Shown: in pieces, positions 18,989 to 28,562 of the stretch
Position numbering within the stretch: the first letter of the stretch is position 1
How the letters are laid out: every line of letters begins with the position of its first letter
Assembly (NCBI GenBank): GCA_030018135.1
Contig: JASEGJ010000001.1
Span: forward strand, 1-64,000
From: Candidatus Hodarchaeaceae archaeon
GTDB taxonomy: Archaea; Hadarchaeota; Hadarchaeia; Hadarchaeales; Hadarchaeaceae
DNA: 64,000 bases
Direction of reading: 5' to 3'
The notes under the pieces: model-generated
Told to the model about the DNA's origin: nothing
The model's input: only the letters and a program-made list of their open reading frames with translations
Databases searched by the model: none
Made by a program: the position numbers and the translations under genes

Positions 18989-19858
18989 ATGAGATTTTGG
19001 GTTCTCTCGGGGAGCGAAGAACATTGGGAGAGAGCATTAAAAGAAAATAAGTGGGGTGTGGGACCTAATCTGAAAAAACGTTGGGATAAGCTCTCACCGG
19101 GAGACGTTTTAGCTTTTTATGTGAAAGCCCCAATAAGCGAAGTAATTGGCTTTGGTATTGTGGAGCAGTCAGCTGAAGAGAATACACCTTATTGGCAGGA
19201 AGAGGTGGAAAGCAATCAGGTTATTTGGCCATTCAGGTGGTATTTTAGAATCGAACATCTATGTGAGAAGCCGTGGAAGGAGAATAAAGTTTTCATTAAG
19301 GATTTGAAGATAGAAATCCGCGCTGGGCTTAACTCTTTGACAAACAAGGATGTCATAAGTTCTCTGCTTACAAGGGCTAACGTGGCATGGAAAATTGATG
19401 TTTCACGCCTACTGGCTCCTGAAATAATTAGAACCGCAAAAGTGGAAGAGAAACCCGTTCGCGTGCATGATAAAATCAGAGATATGATACGTGAGATAGG
19501 TGAAGTGGATAATTGGATAGCTGAAACAGAGTATCCAATAGAGGATCTAGGCGATTTAGATGTTGTGTGGAGAAGGATCCCAACGGGCAATCCGACATAT
19601 GTATTCGAAGTACAGATCGGCGGCGATATCTTTCAAGCTTTGGTAAAATTAAAACACGCATTTGACGAGTGGAATAGCATCCCGTTTTTAGTAATAGACA
19701 AAAAATTAAGGAAAAAAGCTCGGGATAATATAGGAGGGGCATTCCACCAAATAAAGGACAAAATAAAGATCATAACCACCGAAGAAATTGAGGAATTGTA
19801 TAACATCCAAAGTAAAGATAAACAAATCAAAGACAGATTAAAATCTCCCTTTTGCTAA
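18989..19858 (+). CDS. EVE-domain protein with C-terminal PD-(D/E)XK-like nuclease domain
   Basis: W...KWGV...LSPGD.L.FYV...IGFG.V...IWPFR; EYPI..DLDVVW..YVFEVQ; AT-rich. Confidence 0.75.
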   Translation: MRFWVLSGSEEHWERALKENKWGVGPNLKKRWDKLSPGDVLAFYVKAPISEVIGFGIVEQSAEENTPYWQEEVESNQVIWPFRWYFRIEHLCEKPWKENKVFIKDLKIEIRAGLNSLTNKDVISSLLTRANVAWKIDVSRLLAPEIIRTAKVEEKPVRVHDKIRDMIREIGEVDNWIAETEYPIEDLGDLDVVWRRIPTGNPTYVFEVQIGGDIFQALVKLKHAFDEWNSIPFLVIDKKLRKKARDNIGGAFHQIKDKIKIITTEEIEELYNIQSKDKQIKDRLKSPFC

Positions 19859-19908
19859 TATTCCGTAGATTTTTGGAAGAGTTATTTTCATGAAATCCGG
19901 GCGAAAAC

Positions 19909-20670
19909 ATGCAGTCCTTCTGCCCTGTAAAGCTCGCCGACGACATCGAAAAAATCGTCGCCAAAGGGGAACTCAGAAAGTACTACCGCACGGCTAGGCC
20001 CGGCAGGTGGTATGGGGGCATAGCCAGCGCCGACTGCTGCGGCTGCTGCTTGCGATGCGTCTTCTGTTGGAGTGGCGCGCCCCGAGACAGCTCCGAAATC
20101 ATAGGAAAGTTCTACACGCCAGAACACATCCTCAGCAAGCTCGACGCCTGCGCCCGCAAGTTCGGCTACTCGCAGCTCAGGATCAGCGGGAACGAGCCGA
20201 CGATAGGCAAAGAGCACCTGCTTAAGCTCCTCGAACTCGTCCAGCAGACCGACTACTCCTTCATCCTCGAGACCAACGGCATCCTACTCGGCCACGACAA
20301 GGACTACGCTCAGCAACTGTCGAAGTTCGACAAGGTCCACGTTAGAGTCTCGATTAAAGGCGTCAATGAGCAGGAGTTCTCAACCCTTACCGGTGCAGCC
20401 CCCGAAGCATTCGAACTTCAGCTCAAAGCCCTGGGCAACCTCCTCGACGCAGGTGTCTCCTGCCATCCCGCAGTCATGCTCTCCTTCAGCCCCCGCGAAG
20501 GCCTCGATGAACTTTCGAGCAGGTTAAACGAGATTGATCCGAGCCTGTCGAAAAATGTGGAGGAGGAATACGTATTCTTATATCCCCATGTCGTCGAGAG
20601 GCTGAGGCGCGCGGGCTTGAGGCCGAGGGTAGCTTATAGCCCGAGCGGCATACCTCAGGAATTGGTATGA
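19909..20670 (+). CDS. Radical SAM protein (COG5014-like)
   Basis: GCCLRCVFCW, RISGNEPT, FILETNG. Confidence 0.85.
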   Translation: MQSFCPVKLADDIEKIVAKGELRKYYRTARPGRWYGGIASADCCGCCLRCVFCWSGAPRDSSEIIGKFYTPEHILSKLDACARKFGYSQLRISGNEPTIGKEHLLKLLELVQQTDYSFILETNGILLGHDKDYAQQLSKFDKVHVRVSIKGVNEQEFSTLTGAAPEAFELQLKALGNLLDAGVSCHPAVMLSFSPREGLDELSSRLNEIDPSLSKNVEEEYVFLYPHVVERLRRAGLRPRVAYSPSGIPQELV

Positions 20671-21005
20671 TAGAGTCGTACGATTTCGGCCGAATCGTGG
20701 TCGATGGTCGGGTTTACACCTCGGACGTCATCATCTTCCCAAATCGCATCAGGAGCGACTGGTGGCGGAGGGAGGGGCACAGGCTGTACATCGACGACCT
20801 CGAGGATGTCGTGAGGGAAAGGCCGGAGGTGCTCGTGGTCGGCACCGGCTACTCGGGGCTCATGGAGGTGCCCAAGGAGACGGCAGAATACATCAGGTCG
20901 AAGGGGATCGAACTCGTAGCCGAAAACACTCAAAAAGCGGTCGAAGTTTTCAATGAGCTCTCCAAATCGAAAAGGGTGATCGCCGCCCTACACCTAACGT
21001 GCTAG
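20667..21005 (+). CDS. Mth938-like domain protein
   Basis: IESYDFG.I.VDG, VVGTG..G, AALHLTC. Confidence 0.92.
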   Translation: MIESYDFGRIVVDGRVYTSDVIIFPNRIRSDWWRREGHRLYIDDLEDVVRERPEVLVVGTGYSGLMEVPKETAEYIRSKGIELVAENTQKAVEVFNELSKSKRVIAALHLTC

Positions 21006-21089
21006 CGGCTGGACCTTGGTCCGAGGTCTCGTCGCGGCCGGCCAGTGTTTCCACCTTATAAATCGCCCCCGCCAAAGGCACGGCGGACG

Positions 21090-21401
21090 ATGTCTGAGGT
21101 AAGACGAGGGATGGCGATGGCATACCTGCTCATTTTCGACCTGAAGGGGGGCAACACCGCCGGTAGGAGGCGGGTGAACAGGTACCTGAGGAAGGCCGCG
21201 AGGAGGGTTCAACAATCGGTGTGGGAGTTCAAGGACCTGCGGGCACTCATGGGCGCTGCCCGGCTGATATCGGCCGTCGGGGGGCGCGCGATGGCATTCG
21301 TCAGGGGGGACGCGCTCGTTTTGGAAATGTCTGAGGTAAGACAAGTCCTGAGCGACGCCTCGGGTAAAATATCAAGCTCGAAGGGGAGATGTCTTAGGTA
21401 A
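21090..21401 (+). CDS. Stand-alone Cas2/PaaX-middle/ChrB-N-like ferredoxin-fold protein (start 21090, 21111 or 21117)
   Basis: YLLIFDL, RRRVNRYLRK, RVQQSVWE, GGRA; TTATAAAT box at about 21056. Confidence 0.6.
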   Translation: MSEVRRGMAMAYLLIFDLKGGNTAGRRRVNRYLRKAARRVQQSVWEFKDLRALMGAARLISAVGGRAMAFVRGDALVLEMSEVRQVLSDASGKISSSKGRCLR

Positions 21402-21648
21402 GACATCCTCCGACCCGCGAACTTCCTTGCCAAACGCCCGGATGATTTCGTACAAGTGGGTGGCGTGCCGCGATTTAGCGTGTCTGAGGTAAGACAAGAT
21501 GTCTTAGTTAAGACACCAATTTTAGCGCGCGTCTTAGGTAAGACATATCGACCTCGGAGTTGTCTTACGTAAGACACGATGCAAGGTTGAGGGCTGTCGC
21601 GCGAAACATCAAAGGGGCGAGGGTCTGTCCCATGTCTTAAGTAAGACA
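21091..21648. repeat. Cluster of eight 16-bp palindromes TGTCTTA-NN-TAAGACA
   Basis: Copies start at 21091, 21328, 21390, 21481, 21500, 21530, 21561, 21633. Confidence 0.95.
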
Positions 21649-21701
21649 TGCCAACAAGCCGACTTCAATGCGAGGTCGAGCGCGACCACGAAATTTTTCG
21701 G

Positions 21702-23141
21702 CTACGGGAGGCTATACGCGACCCCCTCCTCAGGAACCATAGCGTTCTGAACCTCCCTCGCGAAAATCTCCGACCCCCTCGTGTGGACGGGGATCACCCG
21801 CTTGGGGTCGACCTGCCCGATGACCTCGAAAACCTCGTCGCGCGACAGGTGGCCGGAGCTGTGGAAGTAGCGATAGCTCAGGTTGAAGTGCTCGAGCCAG
21901 GACTTGAACCTCCTGAAGTCTATCGCCTGCTCCTCGGTGATGGGCTCGCTCGCCGCGTGGATGTAGACCCCCCGCCTCGGCTTCAAATCGACGAGGTTCT
22001 GCAAGCTGTAGAAGTCCATGTAGATGATCAGCTCGTCCATGTGCTCCCTTATCCAGTCGCACCGCCTGCTGTCCTCGAGCGCCAAGAGCTCCCTCTCCCA
22101 CTTGTGGTACTCCCTCTCGTCGTAGCTCCCCAGCTCCCTCTGCCCGACGTACACGACGAACTCATCCAAGCCGATGCCTATGATGTCGGACAGCTCCCTG
22201 ACGTAGTACGCGAGCTTTGTGGGCAAGGCCAGCCTGCGCCCGGCCATCGAGGCAACCTCACAAAATGTGCGAAGCCTATCGAAGTCCCTGGGCGGGAAAT
22301 CCACGAACACCGGTTGACCGGCCGCCGCCCCCACCGCCTCGAGGCTCCTGCGCCCGACCTCCTCCTCGCTCTCGAGCTTAGGCTGGGGCCTCCCAAGCAG
22401 TCGCTCGATCAGCTGATCCTCCTCGCCCTCCTCAACCCTCGTGCCCTCGATGATCAGCACGTCGATGTCCTCCTCGGAAACGCTCCGGATGAACTCCCTC
22501 GTCAGCCCGGCCCTCGGTCCGTGAAGCCTGAGGTCGCCGGTGTACGCTATCGTGCCCTCGCTGGCGTGAATCAAACAGCCGCAGGCACCCAGGGTCGAGT
22601 GGTCGACCTCGAAGGACCTTACCTCCAGCCCGGCTTCTTCGGGCGACCTAAACTCCCGCTCGAATTCCTCCCACTTGTTTGGGGACACGTACTCGCCGAA
22701 TGGCCTTACCTTGCCATAGCAGTACTCGCTGTCGAAGCCGCCCCGGGAGCTCTCCTGATATGCCTTTATTATCCTTCGGGCTGCGTCCGTGCAATAAACT
22801 GGGACTCGCCAGTCCAAGAACGGTATGCAGCCGGCGTGATCTAGGTGCGGATGGCTGAGCAGCACCCCATGGATCGACGGCTCAACGTATGCCATGCCGG
22901 TTGGCTTGAGGAGGTCCTCCCTGTAGAGCCCGCCCAACCTCGGCACCAGCTCGAACTCCAAGTAATCGTTGAGCCCGCTGGATGTGCGGGGCTGGAGGAA
23001 CTCAGCGTAGTACTTGCCCATCCGCGCGAAGTTCAGGCCGAAATCCAAGAGCAATTTGATGTCCCGGTCCTCGAGGAGGATCTTGTTGCCGCCTATCTCG
23101 TTCACGCCGCCGTAGAAGGTTAGGGTCGTCACCCGATCCAC
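21702..23141 (-). CDS. MBL-fold/beta-CASP ribonuclease (RNase J-like)
   Basis: GGVNEIGGN, DFG, SHPHLDH, VDHS, YTGDLRLHG, IEGT, HSSGH, PVHT. Confidence 0.88.
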   Translation of the reverse strand: MDRVTTLTFYGGVNEIGGNKILLEDRDIKLLLDFGLNFARMGKYYAEFLQPRTSSGLNDYLEFELVPRLGGLYREDLLKPTGMAYVEPSIHGVLLSHPHLDHAGCIPFLDWRVPVYCTDAARRIIKAYQESSRGGFDSEYCYGKVRPFGEYVSPNKWEEFEREFRSPEEAGLEVRSFEVDHSTLGACGCLIHASEGTIAYTGDLRLHGPRAGLTREFIRSVSEEDIDVLIIEGTRVEEGEEDQLIERLLGRPQPKLESEEEVGRRSLEAVGAAAGQPVFVDFPPRDFDRLRTFCEVASMAGRRLALPTKLAYYVRELSDIIGIGLDEFVVYVGQRELGSYDEREYHKWERELLALEDSRRCDWIREHMDELIIYMDFYSLQNLVDLKPRRGVYIHAASEPITEEQAIDFRRFKSWLEHFNLSYRYFHSSGHLSRDEVFEVIGQVDPKRVIPVHTRGSEIFAREVQNAMVPEEGVAYSLP

Positions 23142-23252
23142 CGCGATATTAACTGAGCGAATTCAAAAATAAGAGCGTATACCCGCTCGTCACTTCAAGC
23201 ATTGTTTTTCCCTTATAAGGGGTTCTGGGCCAACAGCCCGGCGGGAGACACG

Positions 23253-23582
23253 ATGGTGAGAAGGCTCCATTACCAAACCGAGGAACCCGTCACCACCGAT
23301 GAGCTCGAGCTGTTGAAGAAGGTCAAGGAGAGCTACAACGCGATGCACAGGCTGAGCAGCCGGAGGATTAGGCTCTGGAAAAAATCTGACATCCTCGAGT
23401 GCTTGGAGCCGCGGGACGCCGTCTGGGGTTTCACCACCGTCCGCGACGACGGGGAATCTGTGGTCCGGGCGATAAAGGAGATGTCGAGGGCGGCGCCGCG
23501 GTTGACCTGGATCTTGTACGATGAGGGCTCGGCCGGGGGCGGGGAAGCGGTGATCAAAAACGGGGAAATCGTGCATCAATAG
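23253..23582 (+). CDS. Hypothetical protein
   Basis: GGGAG SD, coding-like composition; no recognised motif. Confidence 0.55.
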   Translation: MVRRLHYQTEEPVTTDELELLKKVKESYNAMHRLSSRRIRLWKKSDILECLEPRDAVWGFTTVRDDGESVVRAIKEMSRAAPRLTWILYDEGSAGGGEAVIKNGEIVHQ

Positions 23583-23718
23583 CGGAAAAGTGCTCGAGGC
23601 CGACGGCGAAATCCGGCTTGGGTTAGAAGGGCAAAAATTGCTCGCCAGTTGCCCCACGGGCGAAAATGGCCCGAGGTCTAGCTCGGTGCAACCTTTATAG
23701 GTCGAGGCAAAAATCGAC

Positions 23719-24774
23719 TTGGGGTTGGGCTTGATCCTCACCTTTGAACAGGAAAAAACGATCATAAGAGCGCTCCTGCGGAAACTCGGCGCATCCGAGA
23801 AGGAAGCCGACGCCACGGCCGAAGTTTTAGCAGAGGGGGACCTGCGCGGCCTGGGCTCCCACGGCATACTAAGGCTGCCCTACATTTTGCGCGGGTTGAA
23901 GCGGGGGACGATAGCAGCTCGCGCGAAAGTGAAAATCGTGCGGGAGACGCATGCCACCGCGCTCATCGACGGCGGGCACGGGCTGGGCCACTACGTCGCG
24001 ACGAGGGCGATGGGGCTCGCCGTCGAGAAGGCGAAAAAGCAAGGCATCGGGGCGGTGGGCGTGTTCAACTCGAACCACTTCGGGATCGCCGGTTATTACG
24101 CGGAGCTGGCCATGCGCGAAAACATGATAGGCGTGGTGACGACGACGACCGACGCGCTGGTGCACCCTTGGGGCGGAGTGGAGCCCCTGCTCGGCACAAA
24201 TGCCCTCGCCGTAGGCATACCATCCGAGCCGCCCGTGCTGCTCGATATGGCGATGAGCGTCGCGGCCCGCGGCAAGCTGGTCGACGCCATGAAGCGGGGC
24301 GAGCGGATACCCGAGGGCTGGGCGATAGACAGCGAGGGCAAGCCGACGACGGACCCAGCGGAGGGCCTGCGGGGGGCGCTGAGCCCATTCGGCGGCGCCA
24401 AGGGCTACGCGCTGGCGTTCGTGCTGGAGCTGCTCGCCGGGCCGCTCGTGCGCGCCGGCGTCGGGCGGGGGGTGAAGGGGACGCTCGAGCCGGTGGAGGA
24501 CTTCTGCACGAAGGGGGACTTCATGATCGCCGTCGACCCCACGGCGTTCGTCCCGCTCGAGGAGTTCGAGTCACGCGTTCAAGAGTTCATCGCCGAGATC
24601 AAGAAATCCAAGAAGGCGCCGGGCGTTTCGGAGATAATGATCCCCGGCGAGCCGGAACTCAAGGCGAGGGAGCGAGCGTTGCGGGATGGCATCGAAATCT
24701 CTGAGGAGGTCTGGGGAGAGCTGAGGCAGATCGCGCAGGAGTTGGGCGTCGACATCGAGAAAATCGCCGCATGA
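23719..24774 (+). CDS. Ldh2-family dehydrogenase (malate/L-sulfolactate, ComC-like)
   Basis: DLRG..SHG, NSNHFG, GTN, GGAKGY, IPGE. Confidence 0.88.
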   Translation: MGLGLILTFEQEKTIIRALLRKLGASEKEADATAEVLAEGDLRGLGSHGILRLPYILRGLKRGTIAARAKVKIVRETHATALIDGGHGLGHYVATRAMGLAVEKAKKQGIGAVGVFNSNHFGIAGYYAELAMRENMIGVVTTTTDALVHPWGGVEPLLGTNALAVGIPSEPPVLLDMAMSVAARGKLVDAMKRGERIPEGWAIDSEGKPTTDPAEGLRGALSPFGGAKGYALAFVLELLAGPLVRAGVGRGVKGTLEPVEDFCTKGDFMIAVDPTAFVPLEEFESRVQEFIAEIKKSKKAPGVSEIMIPGEPELKARERALRDGIEISEEVWGELRQIAQELGVDIEKIAA

Positions 24775-24817
24775 GCGACATGCCGCGACGACCCAATCGT
24801 CGCCGTCGCCCACAAGT

Positions 24818-26149
24818 TCAAAGCTTGCGCAGGATGGCCTCCGCCGCGACGACCAGCGGCTCGATGCAATCGCTGACGGGCGGGGCGTAGCAGTACTCAA
24901 TTTGCGCGAGTTCCTCTACGGTCATGCCCTTCTTGATCGCGAGCGCGAGCAGGTTGATGCGCTCCGCCGTGCCCTCCGTGCTCAACACCTGCCCGCCGAT
25001 TATCCTGTGCTCGCTCGGCTCGACCAGGAGCTTTACCACGATGGGCTTAGCCCCGGGATAGTAGCGGGGCCTGTTCATTGCCCTTATTCTTCCGGTGATC
25101 GGATCGATGCCGGCCTCCCTGGCGCTGTGGGTAGTGGGCCCGGTGGATGCGACCTCCAAACCGTACGCACAGGTCACGACTGTGTTGAGCGTGCCCTCGA
25201 ATATGGCTTCGCCGCCGGCCGCATTTGTGCCGGCGACCTTGCCCATCCGTATGGCGGTCGTCGCGAGCTGGCTCAATATCGGGCGCTTCGTTATCAGGCA
25301 AAAGCTCTCGGCACAATCTCCCGCCGCGTAAACGTCGGCGGCGCTCGTGCGGAGATACTTGTCCACCCTGATCCCGCCGCTCTCGCCGAGCTCTATGCCC
25401 GCCTCCCTCGCGAGTTGGACCTCCGGCTTAACGCCAGTGGCGATTATCACCAAGTCGACCGGCAATTCCTGTCCTCCTGCAACGATCGAGCGTACCCGCT
25501 CATCGCCGCGGATCTCCTGTACCACCTGCCCGCAGAGGATATCGATGCCCTTCCCTCGCAGGAGCTTGGCCACTAAATCCGCCATGTCGGGATCCAGCAT
25601 GCCAGGTAGAACGGATGGCAGCGCCTCCACGATGGTAACGTCCAAACCCCTTTCCCTGAGCGCGGCAGCGGTTTCTATCCCTATCGGTCCAGCACCGATG
25701 ACCGCGGCTCGCTTTGCCCTCCTCAACGCCGAGATTATGGCTTGGCCGTCCTCGATCGTCTTGACTGAGTGGACGTTCCCCAGATCGATGCCGGGTATGG
25801 GCGGCTTGAAGGCATAGCTACCGGTCGCCAGCACAAGTGCATCGTACTCCAAGCTCTCGGGCCTTCGCGCCCGAATCGCTGAAACTTCGACCGTTCGATT
25901 GCGTACATCTAAAGCGATCGCCTCGGTCGCCGTGCGCACATCGACGTTCTCCAGCGGTGACGCTGGCTCGACCAACCTCCCGATATCAGGTACCTCGCCC
26001 CCGATCGCGAAGGGTATGCCGCAGGGGTGATAAACGGCGTAAGAGCGGCGCTCGATGACCGTTATCCTAGCCGTCCGATCGGTCTTGCGCGCCGCCGACG
26101 CAGCCGTCAACCCCGCTGATTCAAAGCCGATGATGACTACATGCCTCAA
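24818..26149 (-). CDS. FAD-dependent NAD(P)H oxidase/CoA-disulfide reductase family
   Basis: YHPCGIPF redox Cys, IGAGPIG, YAAGDC, YAPP C-terminus. Confidence 0.88.
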   Translation of the reverse strand: MRHVVIIGFESAGLTAASAARKTDRTARITVIERRSYAVYHPCGIPFAIGGEVPDIGRLVEPASPLENVDVRTATEAIALDVRNRTVEVSAIRARRPESLEYDALVLATGSYAFKPPIPGIDLGNVHSVKTIEDGQAIISALRRAKRAAVIGAGPIGIETAAALRERGLDVTIVEALPSVLPGMLDPDMADLVAKLLRGKGIDILCGQVVQEIRGDERVRSIVAGGQELPVDLVIIATGVKPEVQLAREAGIELGESGGIRVDKYLRTSAADVYAAGDCAESFCLITKRPILSQLATTAIRMGKVAGTNAAGGEAIFEGTLNTVVTCAYGLEVASTGPTTHSAREAGIDPITGRIRAMNRPRYYPGAKPIVVKLLVEPSEHRIIGGQVLSTEGTAERINLLALAIKKGMTVEELAQIEYCYAPPVSDCIEPLVVAAEAILRKL

Positions 26150-26152
26150 GTT

Positions 26153-27394
26153 TTATCCCATATCCGACGATCTGGCCTTAGACTGGCGCTTGGCCCGCGT
26201 TAGCATCTCGACCACGGGCATCGATTTCCCCGAGAGGAAGCTCACGCACGCGCCCCCGCCCGTGCTGATGTGCCCAATTTTATCCGCCACGCCCGCCGCC
26301 TGGGCTGCGGCCACCAAATGTCCCCCGCCTATTATCGTGAACGCCCTAGAATCAGCCATAGCCCTCAGCAATCCCAACGTCCCCCTCGCGAACGCCGGAT
26401 TCTCGAACATCCCAAATGGACCGCCGGCGACTATGGTCCTTGCACCCGCCATTACCCTAGAGTACCCACCTATCGTCCGACTGCCCACATCGCATATCAG
26501 CAGTTCGGTGGGAAGTTGCTCCAAGGTTAGCTCCCTCGGCTCCCCGTGGTCGTCGACGACCAAATCCACGGGCATCTTTATCCTCTCGCCGTACATGGCT
26601 AGCAGTTCCCCGGCCTGCGCGATCTCCGACTTAAAGCCCCTCTCGAGTAACAAGTTTAGGTTGGGTTTGCCTATATCCCGCCCCGCAGCCGCGAGAAAGA
26701 CCTGCCCAACCAAGCCTCCGGTGAGCAACTCATCGACCGCCCCGTTGTCGAACGCGTTCTCGATTATCCTGAGCGCGGTCTCGACCTTTGCGCCGCCCAT
26801 CGCATAGATGCAGGGTCGCTCCGGCTTGAGCGCCCTGCTCAGCCCCTTGATCTCGCGTTCCATCAAGCGCCCCGCGAAGGTGGGCAGCACGGCGGCGAAG
26901 CCAACCAACGACGGTTGGGAGCGATGTGCGGCTGCGAAGGCATCATTGACATACACATCGACCAGTCCAGCCAAGGTGCGGACGAGGTGAGTTTTAGCAA
27001 GCTCATCCGCCGGGCGGCTGAGGACCTCTTCGGCGCAGAAGCGTACGTTCTCCAGCAGAAGTATCTCGCCGGGTTTTAGGGCTTTTATGGCCTGACGGGC
27101 CGATGGCCCGAAGACATCCGCGATGTACTTGACCTCTTGCCCGATGACGTTTCTCAGCTTTTCGGCATGTTTTTCGAGCGTCGTGAAATCCTCGTTGCCC
27201 GGGCGCCCCTGATGGGCCAGCACGACGACCCTAGCTCCCATTTGCGAGAGTTCCTTCAGCGTGGGAACGCACTCGCGAATTCTGTTATCGCCGAGGATCT
27301 CCCCGGTCTTGGGATCGAGAGGCGAGTTGATGTCCACCCGCACCAGGACTGTCTTGCCCAGGACATCGGCGTCATCCAGCGTCGGAAATTCCAA
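26153..27394 (-). CDS. pgk: Phosphoglycerate kinase
   Basis: VRVDINSP, LLENVRF, NDAFAAAHR, ISTGGGA. Confidence 0.97.
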   Translation of the reverse strand: MEFPTLDDADVLGKTVLVRVDINSPLDPKTGEILGDNRIRECVPTLKELSQMGARVVVLAHQGRPGNEDFTTLEKHAEKLRNVIGQEVKYIADVFGPSARQAIKALKPGEILLLENVRFCAEEVLSRPADELAKTHLVRTLAGLVDVYVNDAFAAAHRSQPSLVGFAAVLPTFAGRLMEREIKGLSRALKPERPCIYAMGGAKVETALRIIENAFDNGAVDELLTGGLVGQVFLAAAGRDIGKPNLNLLLERGFKSEIAQAGELLAMYGERIKMPVDLVVDDHGEPRELTLEQLPTELLICDVGSRTIGGYSRVMAGARTIVAGGPFGMFENPAFARGTLGLLRAMADSRAFTIIGGGHLVAAAQAAGVADKIGHISTGGGACVSFLSGKSMPVVEMLTRAKRQSKARSSDMG

Positions 27395-27404
27395 CCCCTA
27401 CACC

Positions 27405-28427
27405 TCATTTGACTATGCCTAGGGCCTCGTTGGTCTTACGTATCGATCGCATCGCGTCCCGCTCGAGTTCTGTTGCGGCCCGGATCGCGTCGATGTTTTC
27501 AGGCACGACTATCGCCTCGTTATGCACCTGATATACGAGGTAGAACTCATCTTCCTTAACGGAGGCGATGTCCTGCCAAACCGCGACCTCCCACAGATCA
27601 GCCCTAGGCCTGCCCAGGTCTCGCATGAGCTCGATGACGCTATTCAGCCCCTGAAGTCCATCGGCTGCGCGGATGAGCAGGATCCTCGGGGCCTCCGCCA
27701 GGGTCTTTATGACCGTCTCGATCTTGGCCTGTTTTTTCAGCTCGACCACCGCGAAGTGTATGTGGCTTAAGTTGTACGGGCCCTTGGCCGCCATCGTGAC
27801 GATGTCCAGCTCGGGCATAACGGTTTGGACGTCCGGGCCCTGATGGCTGGGCACGTGCGTCTCGGGCACCACGGTGTTGATTATCCCCCCCTTGTGGCTC
27901 TCCCAGGGATCGACGGCGCGTCTCAGCAACACGGCCCGCGCCCTCTCGATGCCGTGCGCACGGTGAATCGCACCCAGTACGCGGCAGAGGCCGGTGGTGT
28001 TGCACGAGACCACGCGCAAGAAGTCCTTGCCCAGCGCCTCGCGGTAGTTGCACTGCGCCACAAACGAGGCCTCGACGAGTTCATGTTTTTCCCCGCCCTG
28101 AAAAATCGCCTTCACGCCCGCCTTTTCGTAGAGGGCTTTGTTCTTCGCGCCGATCCCGGCAGGGGTGCAGTCCACCACGACATCGACCTTCTCGAGCAGG
28201 TCGTCCAATGTTCCAGCAACTTCGACGCCGCCCTCGCGCATTTCATCGGCGGCTTCCCCCAGCGAAGCGTAAATCGGATACCCCTTCTTTGCCGCGACTT
28301 GGATGCGATAATCGGCTACGACATCGGAGACGCCGACCAATTTCATATCCTTTTGAAGCGCGACGGCATCCGAAACCCTTTTGCCGATAACCCCATAGCC
28401 ATTGACCCCAACCCTCACCCTTGCCAA
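27405..28427 (-). CDS. gap: Archaeal type II GAPDH
   Basis: GVNGYGVIGKRV, VVSCNTTG, ENIDAIRA. Confidence 0.97.
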   Translation of the reverse strand: MARVRVGVNGYGVIGKRVSDAVALQKDMKLVGVSDVVADYRIQVAAKKGYPIYASLGEAADEMREGGVEVAGTLDDLLEKVDVVVDCTPAGIGAKNKALYEKAGVKAIFQGGEKHELVEASFVAQCNYREALGKDFLRVVSCNTTGLCRVLGAIHRAHGIERARAVLLRRAVDPWESHKGGIINTVVPETHVPSHQGPDVQTVMPELDIVTMAAKGPYNLSHIHFAVVELKKQAKIETVIKTLAEAPRILLIRAADGLQGLNSVIELMRDLGRPRADLWEVAVWQDIASVKEDEFYLVYQVHNEAIVVPENIDAIRAATELERDAMRSIRKTNEALGIVK

Positions 28428-28521
28428 AATCTCACCCAGTTTCCCACGTTAGTAAAAGTTCGGCTCGTATAAAACTTTATCGCGGATTCTGCGGTCCAAA
28501 AATGACCGAAAGGCTTAATTA

Positions 28522-28550
28522 TTCAAAATTGAAAATTAATCGATCTTGAA
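28522..28550 (+). promoter_or_regulatory. Candidate RbkR operator (tandem TTCAA-NN-TTGAA-like sites)
   Basis: TTCAAAATTGAA (28522-28533) and ATCGATCTTGAA (28539-28550) directly upstream of the HTH-kinase start. Confidence 0.4.
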
Positions 28551-28562
28551 TAGGGTGAGAGA

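Noticed and set aside
21091-21648. CRISPR array next to a cas2-like gene
   Set aside because: Repeats are only 16 bp, gaps range 3-221 nt, several copies lie within the ORF, and no cas1 is present.
21648-22844. 398-aa plus-strand ORF (and similar long antisense ORFs, e.g. 50890-51669, 26055-26807)
   Set aside because: Shadow frames of clear GC-rich genes on the opposite strand, with no motifs.
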